Positions 48,901-63,078 are shown, counted from the whole stretch's first letter. The stretch is DNA of 63,081 bases, filler included, from Nemertoderma westbladi (GCA_032718475.1; 4 parts of 4 records of this genome joined end to end with filler, not necessarily neighbours in it); one strand, 5' to 3'. Notes: generated by a model not told the origin, from the letters alone. Translations and numbers: made by a program.

Positions 48901-50850
48901 GTAGGGCTGACCTCGATGTTTGGTGGCTGCCCAAGTAAGTTGTTGAAGTGATTTTACCACTTCCCAACACGTTCTTCAGGACTATCGGCTTTGAGGCGCC
49001 CCTTTGCACAAGTTTTCAGTATGTGAGCAGTTGTAATTGCTTCAGTTTTATCATGTATGTACTTTTCCTGGCTGATGTTGTAGGCTAATTTAAGATCGTC
49101 CTTAGCTTTCTCAACCTTGTTAATGTTTTCGGTTGTTGGTTGTTCAGTTTTAACTTTGTAGGCTATCGTAAGATCTTCTCTCTTACAAGTAACCTCAGAG
49201 TTTTGCCATGGCACATATTGTTTTCGTTTGGGTTTCTGGGGGATATGCCTCTTAGCTGATTCCTTGTGGGCTGTTATTATATTCTGGTATATTGAATTGG
49301 TGGATTGGTCTTCATCCATTGACTGAAGTGCTTCAAAGCGGTTTTGAACTTCTACTGTATAAGCATCCTTTATAGCATTGTCAGTTCTGAGTTTTTCCCA
49401 GTCATATTTGATTTGCTTGCTTGTCCTGGGTTTGCTGGCTCTCAAACTGAGTCTGATCTCTGCAGTCACAATTCTGTGGTCCGAACCAATTAGGTTGAAC
49501 GAGCTGTATGCCTCGCAGTTGATCATGCTGTTTCTCCACTTTTTGTTTATGAGGATGTAATCCAGCTGTGCTTTGGTTCCATTAGGGTATTGAAAGGTCC
49601 ATAGCTTCCCCTTACTCTTTTCGAATGTGTTGTTTGTTGGTATCAATTCACATTCTTCCATTAGGTCTAAAAGTAAGTACCCATTTCTGTTAGAACTGGT
49701 GTTATAGGTGTAACCCTTGATGTCTTCTGGGCCAATTTGGGCATTCAGGTCACCAGCAATGACTTTAACATTGTGTTTCGGAATGTCCTTTATAAGTCCA
49801 GTCAGTTCTTCATAAAACTTGACTGCTTGTTCTGGCTCTGAGGCATTGGTTGGACTGTAGCAACATATAACTGTTGCCTTGGGATTCCCATCAAATGTTG
49901 CGATCATAACCCTGGAATTTATAGATTCGATGTTGTTTAGGGTCTTAAGTGCAAATGGGCTTAGCAGAATTCCTACTCCACCAATTGATGCATTGGCCGA
50001 GTTTCTTACTGCTGAGCTTGTTACTAACGTCCATCCATTTCCAATGTCATTGTACTTCATGGCAGTGTCTTCATGACAAATCCGATGTTCTTGGATGCAG
50101 ATGATGTCGATGTTATATTCCATTGCCAGAGCGACTATGTCACCCTGTTTGGTATGTGCTTTCAGCGTGCGTGCGTTCATTGTAGCAATCTTTAGTGTCT
50201 TTTTACATTTCAACAGGTTGGTTCTTCTTTCTTCTCGGTCTTCTGTTCCAGTAGCCAATTTATCGACCCCAGCCTGGTGTACCACTGGGGGACGCGGTCC
50301 TTGTTGACCCGGGCGACGACCGAGCCGGTATTTCTCCTGGAGGGTTCTCATACTCATATCTTTCAGATGCGGGAATAAACCGCTTGTGGTCGCAACTCCT
50401 ACAAGCGTCTTTGCAGTAGATCGCTGTTGGTTGATTACCTTCCGCCAACCTTGTCAGCATGTCTAGCCGTTGGTTGATTACCTTCCGCCTATCCATGGCC
50501 TACAGCCCTGCTGCCGTCTGTAGGGGTCCTTTTGTTACACCCTGAACCAAGTGTGCCTCCTGGGTTAGGTTACCTAACACTGGTAGAGGAGCATCCAGTA
50601 TAGACAGGGCAGGGCGTGTATCATCTCTAATGCAGATGCGTATCAAGCCTTTGCCTTCAATGGTTCCCCTGCACTATAGCCCTCAATGACTAATTTAGTT
50701 GACGAGGGTGAACCAACCCACTCTTGATCAACTAAATAATGAATAGGCTATGCTTATCGGGCCTGCCCTACTGGGCTGGCAGCTGCAGGTAGTACCACAA
50801 TACTGCCATAGTGGTAGCATGATCTGGGGACCTGACCTGACAGAGTAGAG
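45923..50850 (-). mobile_element. RTE-clade LINE family A, apparently full length, interrupted by a family B copy
   Basis: APE (ATMNARTL, IQEHR, SDHRIV) at 48954-50357 ends at an in-frame TAA; RT (QGDTLAP, FADD) at 45932-47389; (TAG)n tail; TSD agcataaatagta at 45910-45922 and 50851-50863. Confidence 0.93.
47461..48676 (+). mobile_element. 5'-truncated RTE family B insertion flanked by a ~215-bp duplication
   Basis: RT motifs QGDTLAP and FADD; tagtag tail; 47246-47460 repeated at 48677-48891. Confidence 0.93.
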
Positions 50851-51639
50851 AGCATAAATAGTAAATAATTAATAAACTAATAACTTACTGCAGATTTAAA
50901 AGAATGTTGATTATCTAGGTTTTTTATTTCATTAGGTAGGGCGTTCCAATTTTTAATACCATTAAAAAAGGAAAGTATCAGATTCGGTTACATGTAGGAC
51001 TACATGTAACAAATATTTCTACAACTTGGTGTGTCTAAATCTACGCAAATTCTACTTCAGACTTTCCGTGGAAAACGTCACAATGTCACAGACATATAAA
51101 AATATTCAATTAATTATAAGATAGAAAAACATGAAAGACATACAACTAACTAACTAACTTCCTCTCAGAGGGGACAACAGCAAGCTTAGTAACCAATTCA
51201 AGTTGGTTTGAGTGGAGATGCACCTCATTTACAGTGTCCTTCAAGTCTGCAAAATGTACGAATGGAGCTCACTACATTAACTTTAACACTACAGTATAGG
51301 CCTATGCATGTTAACATGAGTAAACATGTTGAGTAACTCCGTAAAAACAACGGGAGGAAAGGGCGAGAGGAAGTTAGAGCGGATGGCATGGAAACATAAT
51401 TTTTCACCAATATATTTAAAGTGATCTTGAATGTCGCGATCCCAATGACATTCTGAAAATTCTTGGAAGATATCTTGGTTCAATATCTTAGGAAATATTA
51501 AATAATCTGGTCTACCTTTAAATGAGATTTTAGTTTTAGATACAATATTCAATACAATAACAGTACTATTATACAATAAAAATATTACAATAATAAAATG
51601 TACCTACCTAATATTAATTAAATTTGAATGGGCCTGCCC

Positions 51640-53040
51640 ATCAATAGCACAAGAGTCTAGAAGACTGCGAGCTATTTTTCAGTGGGACTGCATCGGATGA
51701 ATCCCGCATATGCAGAGTGAGTTTGAAGAGGTTTGTCCAGGAATCATGTTTCCCACATTGGGAGATATGACAATGCTGGGTGCCCTGATAGGTGAAGCAG
51801 CAATTAAATTTTGTCTGCAGAGCAAGGTTGATGACCTCTCAACCCTAGCATCCCGCCTACCACTGATAGATTCCCACCATGCCTTTCACCTCCTCAAACA
51901 CTCATTATCCCTCCCTCGCATAACTTACTTCCTCCGTACTGCCTCCTGTTTCACCAAACCCAAGCTCATTGCTGAGTTTGACATCATAGTTAGAGACACT
52001 CTCCATGTCATCGCGAATACTAAGATCGACGACCGGGCCTGGCAGCAGTCCTGACTCCCAGCCCGAGTAGGGGGTCTCAGCTTGACCAGAGACATTGCAC
52101 CGTCCACCTTCTTGGCTTCTGCGTCTGCCAGTGCCGATTAGACGGAGCATCTCTTCACACCAAGAGCACCTACAGACAACCTGGTGAGCACCCAGGCTCG
52201 CAGTCCCTATAGATGAACCCATCCCCCACCTCCACCCTACAGAGTGTGTGGTTGCGAGCTTCTATCCAGGAAAACCTGAACCTCCACCCATCGTCCACAC
52301 CATCTGAAGTCACGCAACTGAACTCGATCAACTGCAGTGTTGCTGGATGTTGGCTTGACACAGTCCTGGCAGTGTCCCTCGGGTGGAAACTCAGAAACTC
52401 ACAGTTTCGCATCTCCATCACCATGTAACTCGGATGCAAGGTTACCGAACCCCATGGTTGGTCTCACTGAGGTAAACCAGTTGAGTCTGGTGGAGTACAT
52501 GGTTTATCGTGTCAGTGAAATGCTGCTCGACACCCCAGATGATCAACGACATCATAAGCGGCCATTGGCCATGGCCAGCTGTAGAGTTACTACCAAACTG
52601 GAACCACCAGGTCTTTGTCGAGGCGATGGGAAGCGTGTTGATCTGGTAACTATTATTCCATGGAACCATGGCTGCATGCTCTCTTGGGACGCCAGTGTGG
52701 GATTTGCTCGCACCCAGCCACATGCAAATCCGGTGAAGTCGTGTGGCAATGAAAATGGAAGTTGCCAAATCCTGTAAATGCAAGGAGTTGGTGAAGCGAG
52801 GCCCATTCTCCTCATCTCCATCCTCATCGAGGTCAATATTCTGCCCAGTAGCTTCTGAGTCCTTTGGATGGCCAACCGTGAAGCGGCGGTATTCCTGAAG
52901 GAGCTCGGGCACAGACTCCTTGGAACCAAGATCTCTCTCTACTTTGGAACTCCACTTTCTCCTTCAGCGTCTCTCTATCACAATCCTCACCAGCAATGCC
53001 ACTTCCATCCTTGGCACAATGGACTCTGCTGCCAATGGTC
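51640..53040 (+). mobile_element. Decayed CRE-like non-LTR element (RT C-terminus + restriction-like endonuclease)
   Basis: LLKHSLSLPRITYFLR, EPPGLCRGDGKRVD..IPWNHG..LSWDA, FLLQRLSITIL.SNATSILGT; multiple stops and frameshifts. Confidence 0.75.
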
Positions 53041-53936
53041 TATATGACATACAATTATACATACAACTGTACTATTTTAATTTTAACTTTTTAATATATT
53101 AATTCTTTTACATTTCCTGCCATAGTTAATCATCTGCTGGATTGTTATTTTTTACATTTTTCTTCATATTAACTTCGTCATTATAGTAACATAATATTTA
53201 TTTACATTTACATCAATTTTAATGACTTTAACCCTTTGCCATTACAGTTTTATTTTACTGTAATAATATTTTAATAATAATTGTAATTCTTGAGCTTTGA
53301 CCTATATGTAAATAGGTAATAATAATATAATAACTTTGTAGATAATTTTCAGTATTGTATTATTCATAATTTTTTAAATCGCCAGGAACTAAAGTGCAGT
53401 CTGTGATTTGACTTATTGCATTGCCTTAATTTACTTTCATTTTACCGATATCCTTTAATATCGGTGTACAGTTAAATATATTAATATTCGTTGCGAATTT
53501 ATCACTGTTTTACTAAATATTGTGATAGTGACTTTTTTTACATTATTTTTATGTTAAAGCCATAATGACTTGGATGTTTTAAACTGATCATTTGTTTTTT
53601 AAGCTATATTATAAGCTATGCATATCCAATATTGGTATGTTTATTAATAGTAAATGTTTGAGAGGACGATGCATTTATTTATATGCTAAATTGAAGCTAA
53701 ATCAACGCCTTGTCTAAATATATTTGGATAAAATGTCTTTATTATTTATTGAAAGTATTATTCCGGCTAGATATCATTATCTGCAGATCTCATTATATCC
53801 AGCTACTAGTGTTAGCAGAAATCAGCAGGATGTGTCTTTGTTGGGTAAGGGATTAACATTTCCTTAACATATAACTAACTGTCTCCATCTCAATCGCACT
53901 AACTGGAAGGGATAGAGACTGAGATTAATGGGACTA

Positions 53937-55462
53937 CTACTACTAGGATCGGCATGCTGCATTGCAGCTGCATTTTTAAGAATGCTGTGCCGGCTTGTCA
54001 ACAAAATTGCACCGCCACAACTCCCTATCACCCATGACATTTGCTAGATCATCCGCATTTTTAAGGCCAGTGTCCTTTAAGATGCGTCTCAAGAAAGTCA
54101 TGGGCTGTCCACCATGCTTATTCACTCCATGAGGCTGCCAAAGTACAAGATTATGCACTGGCTGGTCCTCACGGCGAAAGCAATGTCCTGCAAAGCGGAG
54201 GCGATTTTGTTCTAGTGTCAAGCTTGGGGGAACCAATGAGACACCTCCAATGTTATATAGTGTCTGGTTGGAGATGTGTGCATTGTACTTGACACAATGT
54301 ACCCGGCGTAGCATTCTTGTGAATGTGCCATCCAGAGATTTGGTGTCCTCAGCAGTTAGAGCCCAGCATGGACTCCCGTAGAGGAGTACTGGAACTACTG
54401 CTGCTCTAAATAATCGGACCTTAAGTTTCCGATTAATTCTAGGTGACTTCCAAATCCTGGAAAGCCTATTCAAGGCTGCCCATGCCTTTCCCTTACGTAT
54501 TCGAAGGTCCTCACCTGACTTCCGGATCCATGATCCCAGGTAACAGAAGTCGTCCACATGCTCAAGCATACCATCCTTTGAGCTTATGCTCATCCGATCA
54601 GAGACTTGCTGAGGACTTTCAAAGTTAACTGTCAGAATTTTGGTCTTTCTGGAGTTAATAAAAAGACCAACACTAGAAGCAGCATGTTCTAATGAGCTGA
54701 GGAGCCGCTGGGCTCCCTCTAATGATTCTGAGAGTACTCCTAAGTCATCAGCAAAGTCTAGATCAGTTAGGTACTTGGTAGGATTTCCTCGACTTCTGGA
54801 GCCAGTAGGTGGAGTTATCATCACCCCATCATCATTATGATGATCTAAGGACATGCGTAGAACATAGTCAACCACAATAATGAACAAGAATGGTGCAAGT
54901 GTGTCTCCTTGGAGGACGCCCCATAACACTTCAAATGGTTCTGTGTCACCGTCAACAGTAGACACAAATGTTGTCGAACCATCGTATACTGATCTGATTG
55001 CTGCAATAATTTCATCAGGAATCCCATATAATGAAAGTATGCTGAACATACGTGAGCGAGAGACTGAATCAAAGGCCTTGAAGAAGTCAACAAAGATAAC
55101 AGCCAGATGCCTGTCTTTCTTTTTTGATAACTCTTCAATTATCCTTCTAAGTGCCAAAATGGGCTCCATGGTCCCACGACCTTTACGGAACCCATTCTGA
55201 TTTCCACGTAGCAGTCTCTCAATGGGATCCCTGATGCGATTTAATAGAATTCTATTGTATAGTTTTGCAGCAATCGAGATCAATGAGATTCCCCGAAAAG
55301 AACCATAGAGTGTTAGGTTGCCCTTCTTGGGAACTGGCACCAACTTATTTGTTTTCATTTCTTGTGGGACTCTTGTTGTACGGTACATGTCTACTATGAT
55401 GGGATAGATGAGCTTTAAACACTCAGGTATTTTAAAGACCTCAGGGGGAACACACTTTGTTT
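53937..55462 (-). mobile_element. 5'-truncated RTE family B copy (RT ORF 53976-55388)
   Basis: Near-identical to 47486-48667; (TAG)n tail; TSD attaatgggacta at 53924-53936 and 55463-55475. Confidence 0.93.
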
Positions 55463-55719
55463 ATTAATGGGACTAAAACCCAGGGGAATACTTCATTGTC
55501 CATGATCCTCCCAGTTTGACTGCCTACCTTATCATGCCAGGATGAGTAATGTAGATTAAATAGTCAAATCAATCAGTTTCTATGAAATTAAAATCCATGG
55601 CGATTTTATATTCTTGTAAATCGCGGATTCCAGAAAAATATAATACAAAAATATAATATAAAAATATAAATATATCTAAATATATATAATACATGTTTCT
55701 CAGTTTAAAATTTGTAAAA

Positions 55720-56535
55720 GGTGTCATTTTCTGATGACACGGACCCCCCCCCCCCCAGATTTTTCTACATATCTCTATCATATTGCTTGGAATTTGAAAC
55801 ATAACTAGTTCCACTCACCGTCGATGACCCCATGAAGCCGGAATTTTTGATTTTGCCTTAAAAATTTTTTATAAGTGTTTTAAAAAAGTGTCTTTTGCGA
55901 AATCGCACCCTCCGTATAGTGGCCATTCTTAACATTAGTCGTAATTTTTCATATCATTAAAAAGCTTGCGTTGCAAGGATTCCAAATATGTAACAATATC
56001 TGAATTTCGTTGAGAAACAGCTGAGATATAGGCGTTCAAAGATTGCAATAATTATCCTTCGCTGAAGGCCATTTATTCTATTTAATAAATAAACGATGTT
56101 CTGGAACATTTTGTTTACGTATGAATAGCTACGCAATAGATATAATGGGTAGGAATACCGCTGTTGCCAACCAACTGATAAAATAAATAACACGTTCTAG
56201 AATTTTGTGTATTTATTAAATAGAATAAATGGCCTGTAGCGAACAATAATTCTTGTAATCTTTGAACGCCTGTATCTCAGCTGTTTCTCAACGAAATATA
56301 TTATATTAGATATTGTTACATATTTGGAATCCTTGCAAGGCAAGCTTTCCAATGATATGAAAAAATTACGACTAATGTGAAGAATGTCCACGATACGGGG
56401 GGACTTTTTTAATCCGCTTATAAAAAAATTTAAAGGCAAAATCGAAAATTCCAGTTTCATGGGGTTATTGACGGTGAGTGGAGCTAGTGGTATTTCAAAT
56501 TTCAAGCAATATGATAAGGTGATCAGAAAATGACA
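55720..56535. mobile_element. Palindromic MITE-like element
   Basis: ~55780-56100 and ~56210-56510 are imperfect inverted repeats; no TSD identified. Confidence 0.6.
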
Positions 56536-57199
56536 CCATATTACGGGACATGGTGTATAGTACTGATCTTGTACCAGTCCATATAAATATCCCATGTGTG
56601 ATTGATTCTAATCGGACATGACAGACTCAGTCCCAAATGCGCACCTAGAGCATACATATCAGTGTACACTGCACACATACAACAGTGCAAGAAATGGAGC
56701 CTTTGCGCTACACGTGACATAACTTTATGTTAAGTGTCAGTCAACTTGAAAAAAATTATAAGCAATATCTAAGCAGATGTCCGTTAATCATCACTTTACC
56801 ACTTAACCATATTAAACCCGGGGGGTGTGTATGTATATGACCCCCCCCCCCCATGCTTTATTTGTTATTTGTTTGCGACTTATAGCACCATTTTTTAACT
56901 CTTCTTTTGGCGCGTTTTTTGAAAATGAAATAGGATTTTTTTTTAAATTGTTCACAACTTTAAATTTTAGTGTTGCAAAATAACCACCCCAGTTTTTTTT
57001 CAAAAATATTTTTTCGTTTTGATTCAGACTAGTGAAAACTACGAAAAAAAACAAAAAATAATAAGCCTTCGTTAAAATTTGTAGATTTTATACGGGGGGG
57101 GGGGGGGGGGTGTGAATATGTCCTCCCTCCACTGGTATTTGTACAACATTTTACAACCCGGTACTAATAGAGTGTTAAAGCCCACTAGGTAAATGTAGT

Positions 57200-57330
57200 T
57201 GATGTATCCCTTTCAAGCTGGTCTATATATGTTATAACCGGTCGTCCACGACTACGCTTTTCATGTGTTGGTTGCCAGAAACGTAGATCTGGTATGACCT
57301 CGTCTTTACTTCGCCAGCAGCGCCCACTTA
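57200..57330 (-). mobile_element. RTE family A 3' fragment
   Basis: Matches ~46023-46150. Confidence 0.85.
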
Positions 57331-57395
57331 AGATGGTCATTATCTAAGTAGTACTGTATTAATACCTTTAAAAGCTGTATATACAAAGTTCCATA

Positions 57396-57495
57396 NNNNN
57401 NNNNNNNNNNNNNNNNNNNNNNNNNNNNNNNNNNNNNNNTTAATTAATTAANNNNNNNNNNNNNNNNNNNNNNNNNNNNNNNNNNNNNNNNNNNN
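57396..57495. other. Artificial contig spacer
   Basis: N-TTAATTAATTAA-N. Confidence 0.95.
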
Positions 57496-59026
57496 CTGCA
57501 GAACGAACTGTACTGTACTTACAGAGGATGACTGCATAACGAACTGTACTGTACTTACAGAGGATGACTGCAGAACGAACTGTACTTGCAGAGGATGACT
57601 GCATAACGACCTGTACTGTACTTACAGAGGATGACTGCTTAACGAACTGTACTTACAGAGGATGACTGCATAACGAACTGTACTTACAGAGGATGACTGC
57701 AGAACGAACTGTACTTGCAGAGGATGACTGCATAACAAACTGTACTGTACTTACAGAGGATGACTGCATAACGAACTGTACTTGCAGAGGATGACTGCAT
57801 AACGAACTGTACTGTACTTACAGAGGATGACTGCAGAACTAACTGTACTTACAGAGGATGACTGCAGAACGAACTGTACTTACAGAGGATGACTGCATAA
57901 CGATAACTGTACTGTACTTACAGAGGATGACTGCATAACGAACTGTACTGTACTTACAGAGGATGCCTGTATAACGAACTGTACTGTACATTTACAGAGG
58001 ATGACAGCATAACGAACTTTACTTACTTACAGAGGATGACTGCATAACGAACTGTACTGTACTTACAGAGGATGACTGCATAACGAACTGTACTTACAGA
58101 GGATGACTGCATAACGAACTGTACTTACAGAGGATGACTGCATAACGAACTGTACTTACAGAGGATGACTGCAGAACGAACTGTACTTACAGAGGATGAC
58201 TGCATAACAAACTGTACTGTACTTACAGAGGATGACTGCATAACGAACTGTACTGTACTTACAGAGGATGACTGCATAACGAACTGTACTTACAGAGGAT
58301 GACTGCAGAACGAACTGTACTTACAGAGGATGACTGCATAACAAACTGTACTGTACTTACAGAGGATGACTGCATAACAAACTGTACTGTACTTACAGAG
58401 GATGACTGCATAACGAACTGTACTGTACTTACAGAGGATGACTACATAACGAACTGTACTGCACTTACAGAGGATGACTGCATAACGAACTGTACTGTAC
58501 TTACAGAGGATGACTGCATAACGAACTGTACTTACAGAGGATGACTGCAGAACGAACTGTACTTACAGAGGATGACTGCATAACGAACTTTACTGTACTT
58601 ACAGAGGATGACTGCAGAACGAACTGTACTTACAGAGGATGACTGCAGAACGAACTGTACTTACAGAGGATGACTGCATAACGAACTTCACTGAACTTAC
58701 AGCGGATGACACTGTACTTACAGAGGATGACTGCATAACGAACTTCACTGAACTTACAGCGGATGACACTGTACTTACAGAGGATGACTGCATAACGAAC
58801 TGTACTGTACTTACAGAGGATGACTGCATAACAAACTGTACTGTACTTACAGAGGATGACTGCTTAACGAACTGTACTTACAGAGGATGACTGCAGAACG
58901 AACTGTACTTACAGAGGATGACTGCATAACGAACTGTACTGTACTTACAGAGGATGACTGCATAACGAACTGTACTTACAGAGGATGACTGCATAACGAA
59001 CTGTACTTACAGAGGATGACTGCATA
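57496..59026 (-). repeat. 31/36-bp minisatellite (~45 copies, open at the contig end); unit = TLDc exon end + donor
   Basis: Minus-strand unit agttcgttatgcagtcatcctct|gtaagtac(agtac) vs exon end agttcgctatatgcagtcatcctct. Confidence 0.95.
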
Positions 59027-59219
59027 TAGCGAACTCTGGCTGTTGGATCGGGAATCTGATTGGCCGAATATCTTCTTTATTTATCAAAGAGAAGAGGAAT
59101 GATTGGGTGGAAGTGGAGTACTTTCCATCATTCTTTGGATTCTTCTTTCCCTGCGGATACGACTGGACCGCATCCCACTGTGCGTCAGTGAACCCGCCAC
59201 ATATACAACGGGATGTTGT
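59011..59219 (-). CDS. TLDc-domain protein, internal exon B
   Basis: tttacag acceptor, ct|gtaagt donor; TTSRCICGGFTDAQWD..STQSFLFSLINKEDIRPIRFPIQQPEFAICSHP; in frame with exon A. Confidence 0.88.
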
Positions 59220-59465
59220 CTGTAAATATTAGGCAACATATTTATTATACCAATCAATTAATTAATACGGGATCATCTGCTGGCAACAACTCTGTAATAA
59301 GTTCTAAACAAAGTGGTTGTGGTTGTGAATTGTAACCATTGTAGGTAGTGGATGGAACCATATTAATTGCGAATATTTTATATTTTATTATTATATCCTA
59401 ATTGATTGGCCGGATTAATTGTTTAATTAATTAATTAATCAATTAATTAATTAATTGATTGATTG

Positions 59466-60428
59466 GTTCAAACTTACACAGACTATAGTGAAGGTGGTAC
59501 AAACTTACACAGACTATAGTGAATGTGGTACAAACTTACACAGACTATAGTGAAGTTGGTACAAACTTACACAGACAATAGTGAATGTGGTTCAAACTTA
59601 CACAGACTATAGTGAATGTGGTACAAACTTACACAGACAATAGTGAATGTGGTACAAACTTACACAGACTATAGTGAATGTGGTACAAACTTACACAGAC
59701 AATAGTGAATGTGGTACAAACTTACACAGACTATAGTGAAGTTGGTACAAACTTACACAGACAATAGTGAATGTGGTACAAACTTACACAGACAATAGTG
59801 AATGTGGTACAAACTTACACAGACTATAGTGAAGTTGGTACAAACTTACACAGACAATAGTGAATGTGGTACAAACTTACACAGACTATAGTGAATGTGG
59901 TACAAACTTACACAGACAATAGTGAATGTGGTACAAACTTACACATACTATAGTGAAGGTGGTACAAACTTACACAGACAATAGTGAATGTGGTACAAAC
60001 TTACACAGACAATAGTGAATGTGGTACAAACTTACACAGACAATAGTGAATGTGGTACAAACTTACACAGACTATAGTGAATGTGGTACAAACTTACACA
60101 GACTATAGTGAATGTGGTACAAACTTACACAGACAATAGTGAATGTGGTACAAACTTACACAGACAATAGTGAATGTGGTACAAACTTACACAGACTATA
60201 GTGAATGTGGTACAAACTTACACAGACTATAGTGAATGTGGTACAAACTTACACAGACTATAGTGAATGTGGTACAAACTTACACAGACAATAGTGAATG
60301 TGGTACAAACTTACACAGACAATAGTGAATGTGGTACAAACTTACACAGACTATAGTGAATGTGGTACAAACTTACACAGACTATAGTGAATGTGGTACA
60401 AACTTACACAGACTATAGTGAAGGTGGG
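59466..60428 (-). repeat. 31-bp minisatellite with 31 donor copies; unit = TLDc exon end + donor
   Basis: Minus-strand unit ccac(a/c)ttcactat(a/t)gtctgt|gtaagtttgta; first and last donors at 60407 and 59477 are 930 = 30x31 nt apart. Confidence 0.96.
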
Positions 60429-60669
60429 CCCGTAACCGTCTACCAGCTGATGGAATGCGGCTCCAGTGAAACCGTCTCTGGACCCCCGGTATATGAGTCG
60501 CCACCTCTGCGCCATATCGCCGTACCACATTGCGAGGTACCGCTGCAGTGGGCGGTTCTCGTCGCACAATATCTCCGAGTCGATGAACAGCCGGTAGCTC
60601 ACTCTGGGACACAGACGGATGTCGGCTCCCAGAGAGGCTATCTTAGTAGGCAGTGCCGCCATTCGGAAT
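60408..60669 (-). CDS. TLDc-domain protein, internal exon A (possibly BTB/BACK-TLDc type)
   Basis: ctttgtag acceptor; SEIL..WRLIYRGSRDGFTGAAFHQLVDGYGPTFTIVC|gtaagt is the canonical TLDc N-terminal motif. Confidence 0.9.
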
Positions 60670-62226
60670 CTACAAAGTTATAAAACAGACGGTAGGTGGC
60701 GCACGGATGGTCGGATAGTACTGTAGTAGTAGTATGTTTATCGACTTACATAATGAAATATGGTTTTCCGACATGAATTAAATTTTGATACACGGCACAA
60801 ATTGAACAACAACGGCAATAGATTGATGACAATAAACCGCAAAAATATCGAGAAACAATTTACACCATTCAGGTCCACTGCATTAAATACAGAACAAAAT
60901 ATATCATCACGTACAGTATGTACAGTAGAAGCTAATTTAAGTTTTACGGGAATAGATTAAGCACATTATTGATATGGCTACAAAAATCATATAAATTATT
61001 CTTACAATTTAATAAATCAGATAATGTATTCATATCAAAAAAATCGAGGGGACTACTGTCGCGCACTAGAAGTACTCAGATTGCTGCTCAGATTGAGGGA
61101 GACTGCTCAGAGACTGCGGTCGCAAATACAGACCATATCTGAGCGTGGGATTCTACTCGAACGGCCCTTTTCAATTAGCGTCAACCCTGATCGAGTCCTG
61201 GAGAAGGCTAGCCACAGATAGTCAGGGAGGGGCGATATACAGTAAGGTGGCCAAACCAGAGTCATTTTTTTGTAAAAAATAAAGTTTCTCAAAACCCAAC
61301 ATATATGATATATTCTGAAAGCTCAGAATCGGTAGAATTCAATGCGAGTATTGGCCGACCTTAAATATGACCTCTAAAAAAAATATACAACTTGTCCATT
61401 CCTCACTGCCTGTAACGACTATTTTAACACATTTTCTACAGTAGTATTCATTATTAATGCATAATTATTTATTTTACAAAAATAAAGTACTATTTTTTGT
61501 CCGATTTTTTTATCCGCATTTTCGAGGAATAGTAGAATGTGCACATTCTTTCCGCGGCGTAGGTACAGTAGCCGAGGACAAAAAATGATTTCTTTTTGTG
61601 GAAGGTGTTTTTTTATTTTAAAAATTCACTTATTCACCGCCAAATTGCGGATAAAAACGAGTTTTTTGCCCAAAATCAACCCACAGTTAGAATATTCTAA
61701 TATTAATTATGAATAATATTAAATACAATTATTGGAAGTTGAGGGTACATTGAGCAACAGTAGCTACCATTTAATCTTTCTTTAAAATATTCCCTTTTGA
61801 ATTAGAAGTAACAAAGTTATCGTAAATTTGATGTCAATTCTGCACCATTGTGTAATTAAATAATACTAGCTACTGTAGTTGACCTTCAATTTAGGATTTA
61901 TTCTCCCGCACAATGCGTTTGGGTCTGAGAGGGTCAACTAAATTTTTCACGCTTGCAAATTTGTAAGTTTTCATTTGCCCACCATACTGTACTGTACAAA
62001 TTTGGAATAGTCTACCAGAACACGTTGTAATTGGGAAGCTTACCAATAATCCTACGATCCACATAATTATTAAGCATCAAAAGGACCATGAATGCACAGT
62101 ATACTAGTTGCAGTAAATAATGGCACTTCCCTTACAATCAGACATGTCTGTTGTGTCTCTAAATTTAAAATATCCCGTTATTTCACTTCAAGTTGAAGAT
62201 TATATATTGTATAAACGTTCAAGTTC

Positions 62227-62958
<732 letters not shown>

Positions 62959-63041
62959 TCAGTGATTATGTACCCTTGGAAACTGATTTTCGTAACTAAG
63001 CAACAATGTATTCTGTCTGTGGTTTAAATGAATTTATATAA

Positions 63042-63078
63042 TACGTCAATAGTACGTCGCCCACAAAATGAGAGCTTG
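63042..63078 (+). pseudogene. Short inverted copy of the GRB2 3' end (YVNSTSPTK*)
   Basis: tacgtcaatagtacgtcgcccacaaaatgagagcttg vs gene tatgtcaatagtaccggtacgtcgcccacaaaatgagaacttg. Confidence 0.7.

Noticed and set aside
58299-58890. (TVLTEDDCITNC)n ORFs resembling antifreeze repeats
   Set aside because: Antisense reading of the intronic donor array; the 31-nt units break the frame
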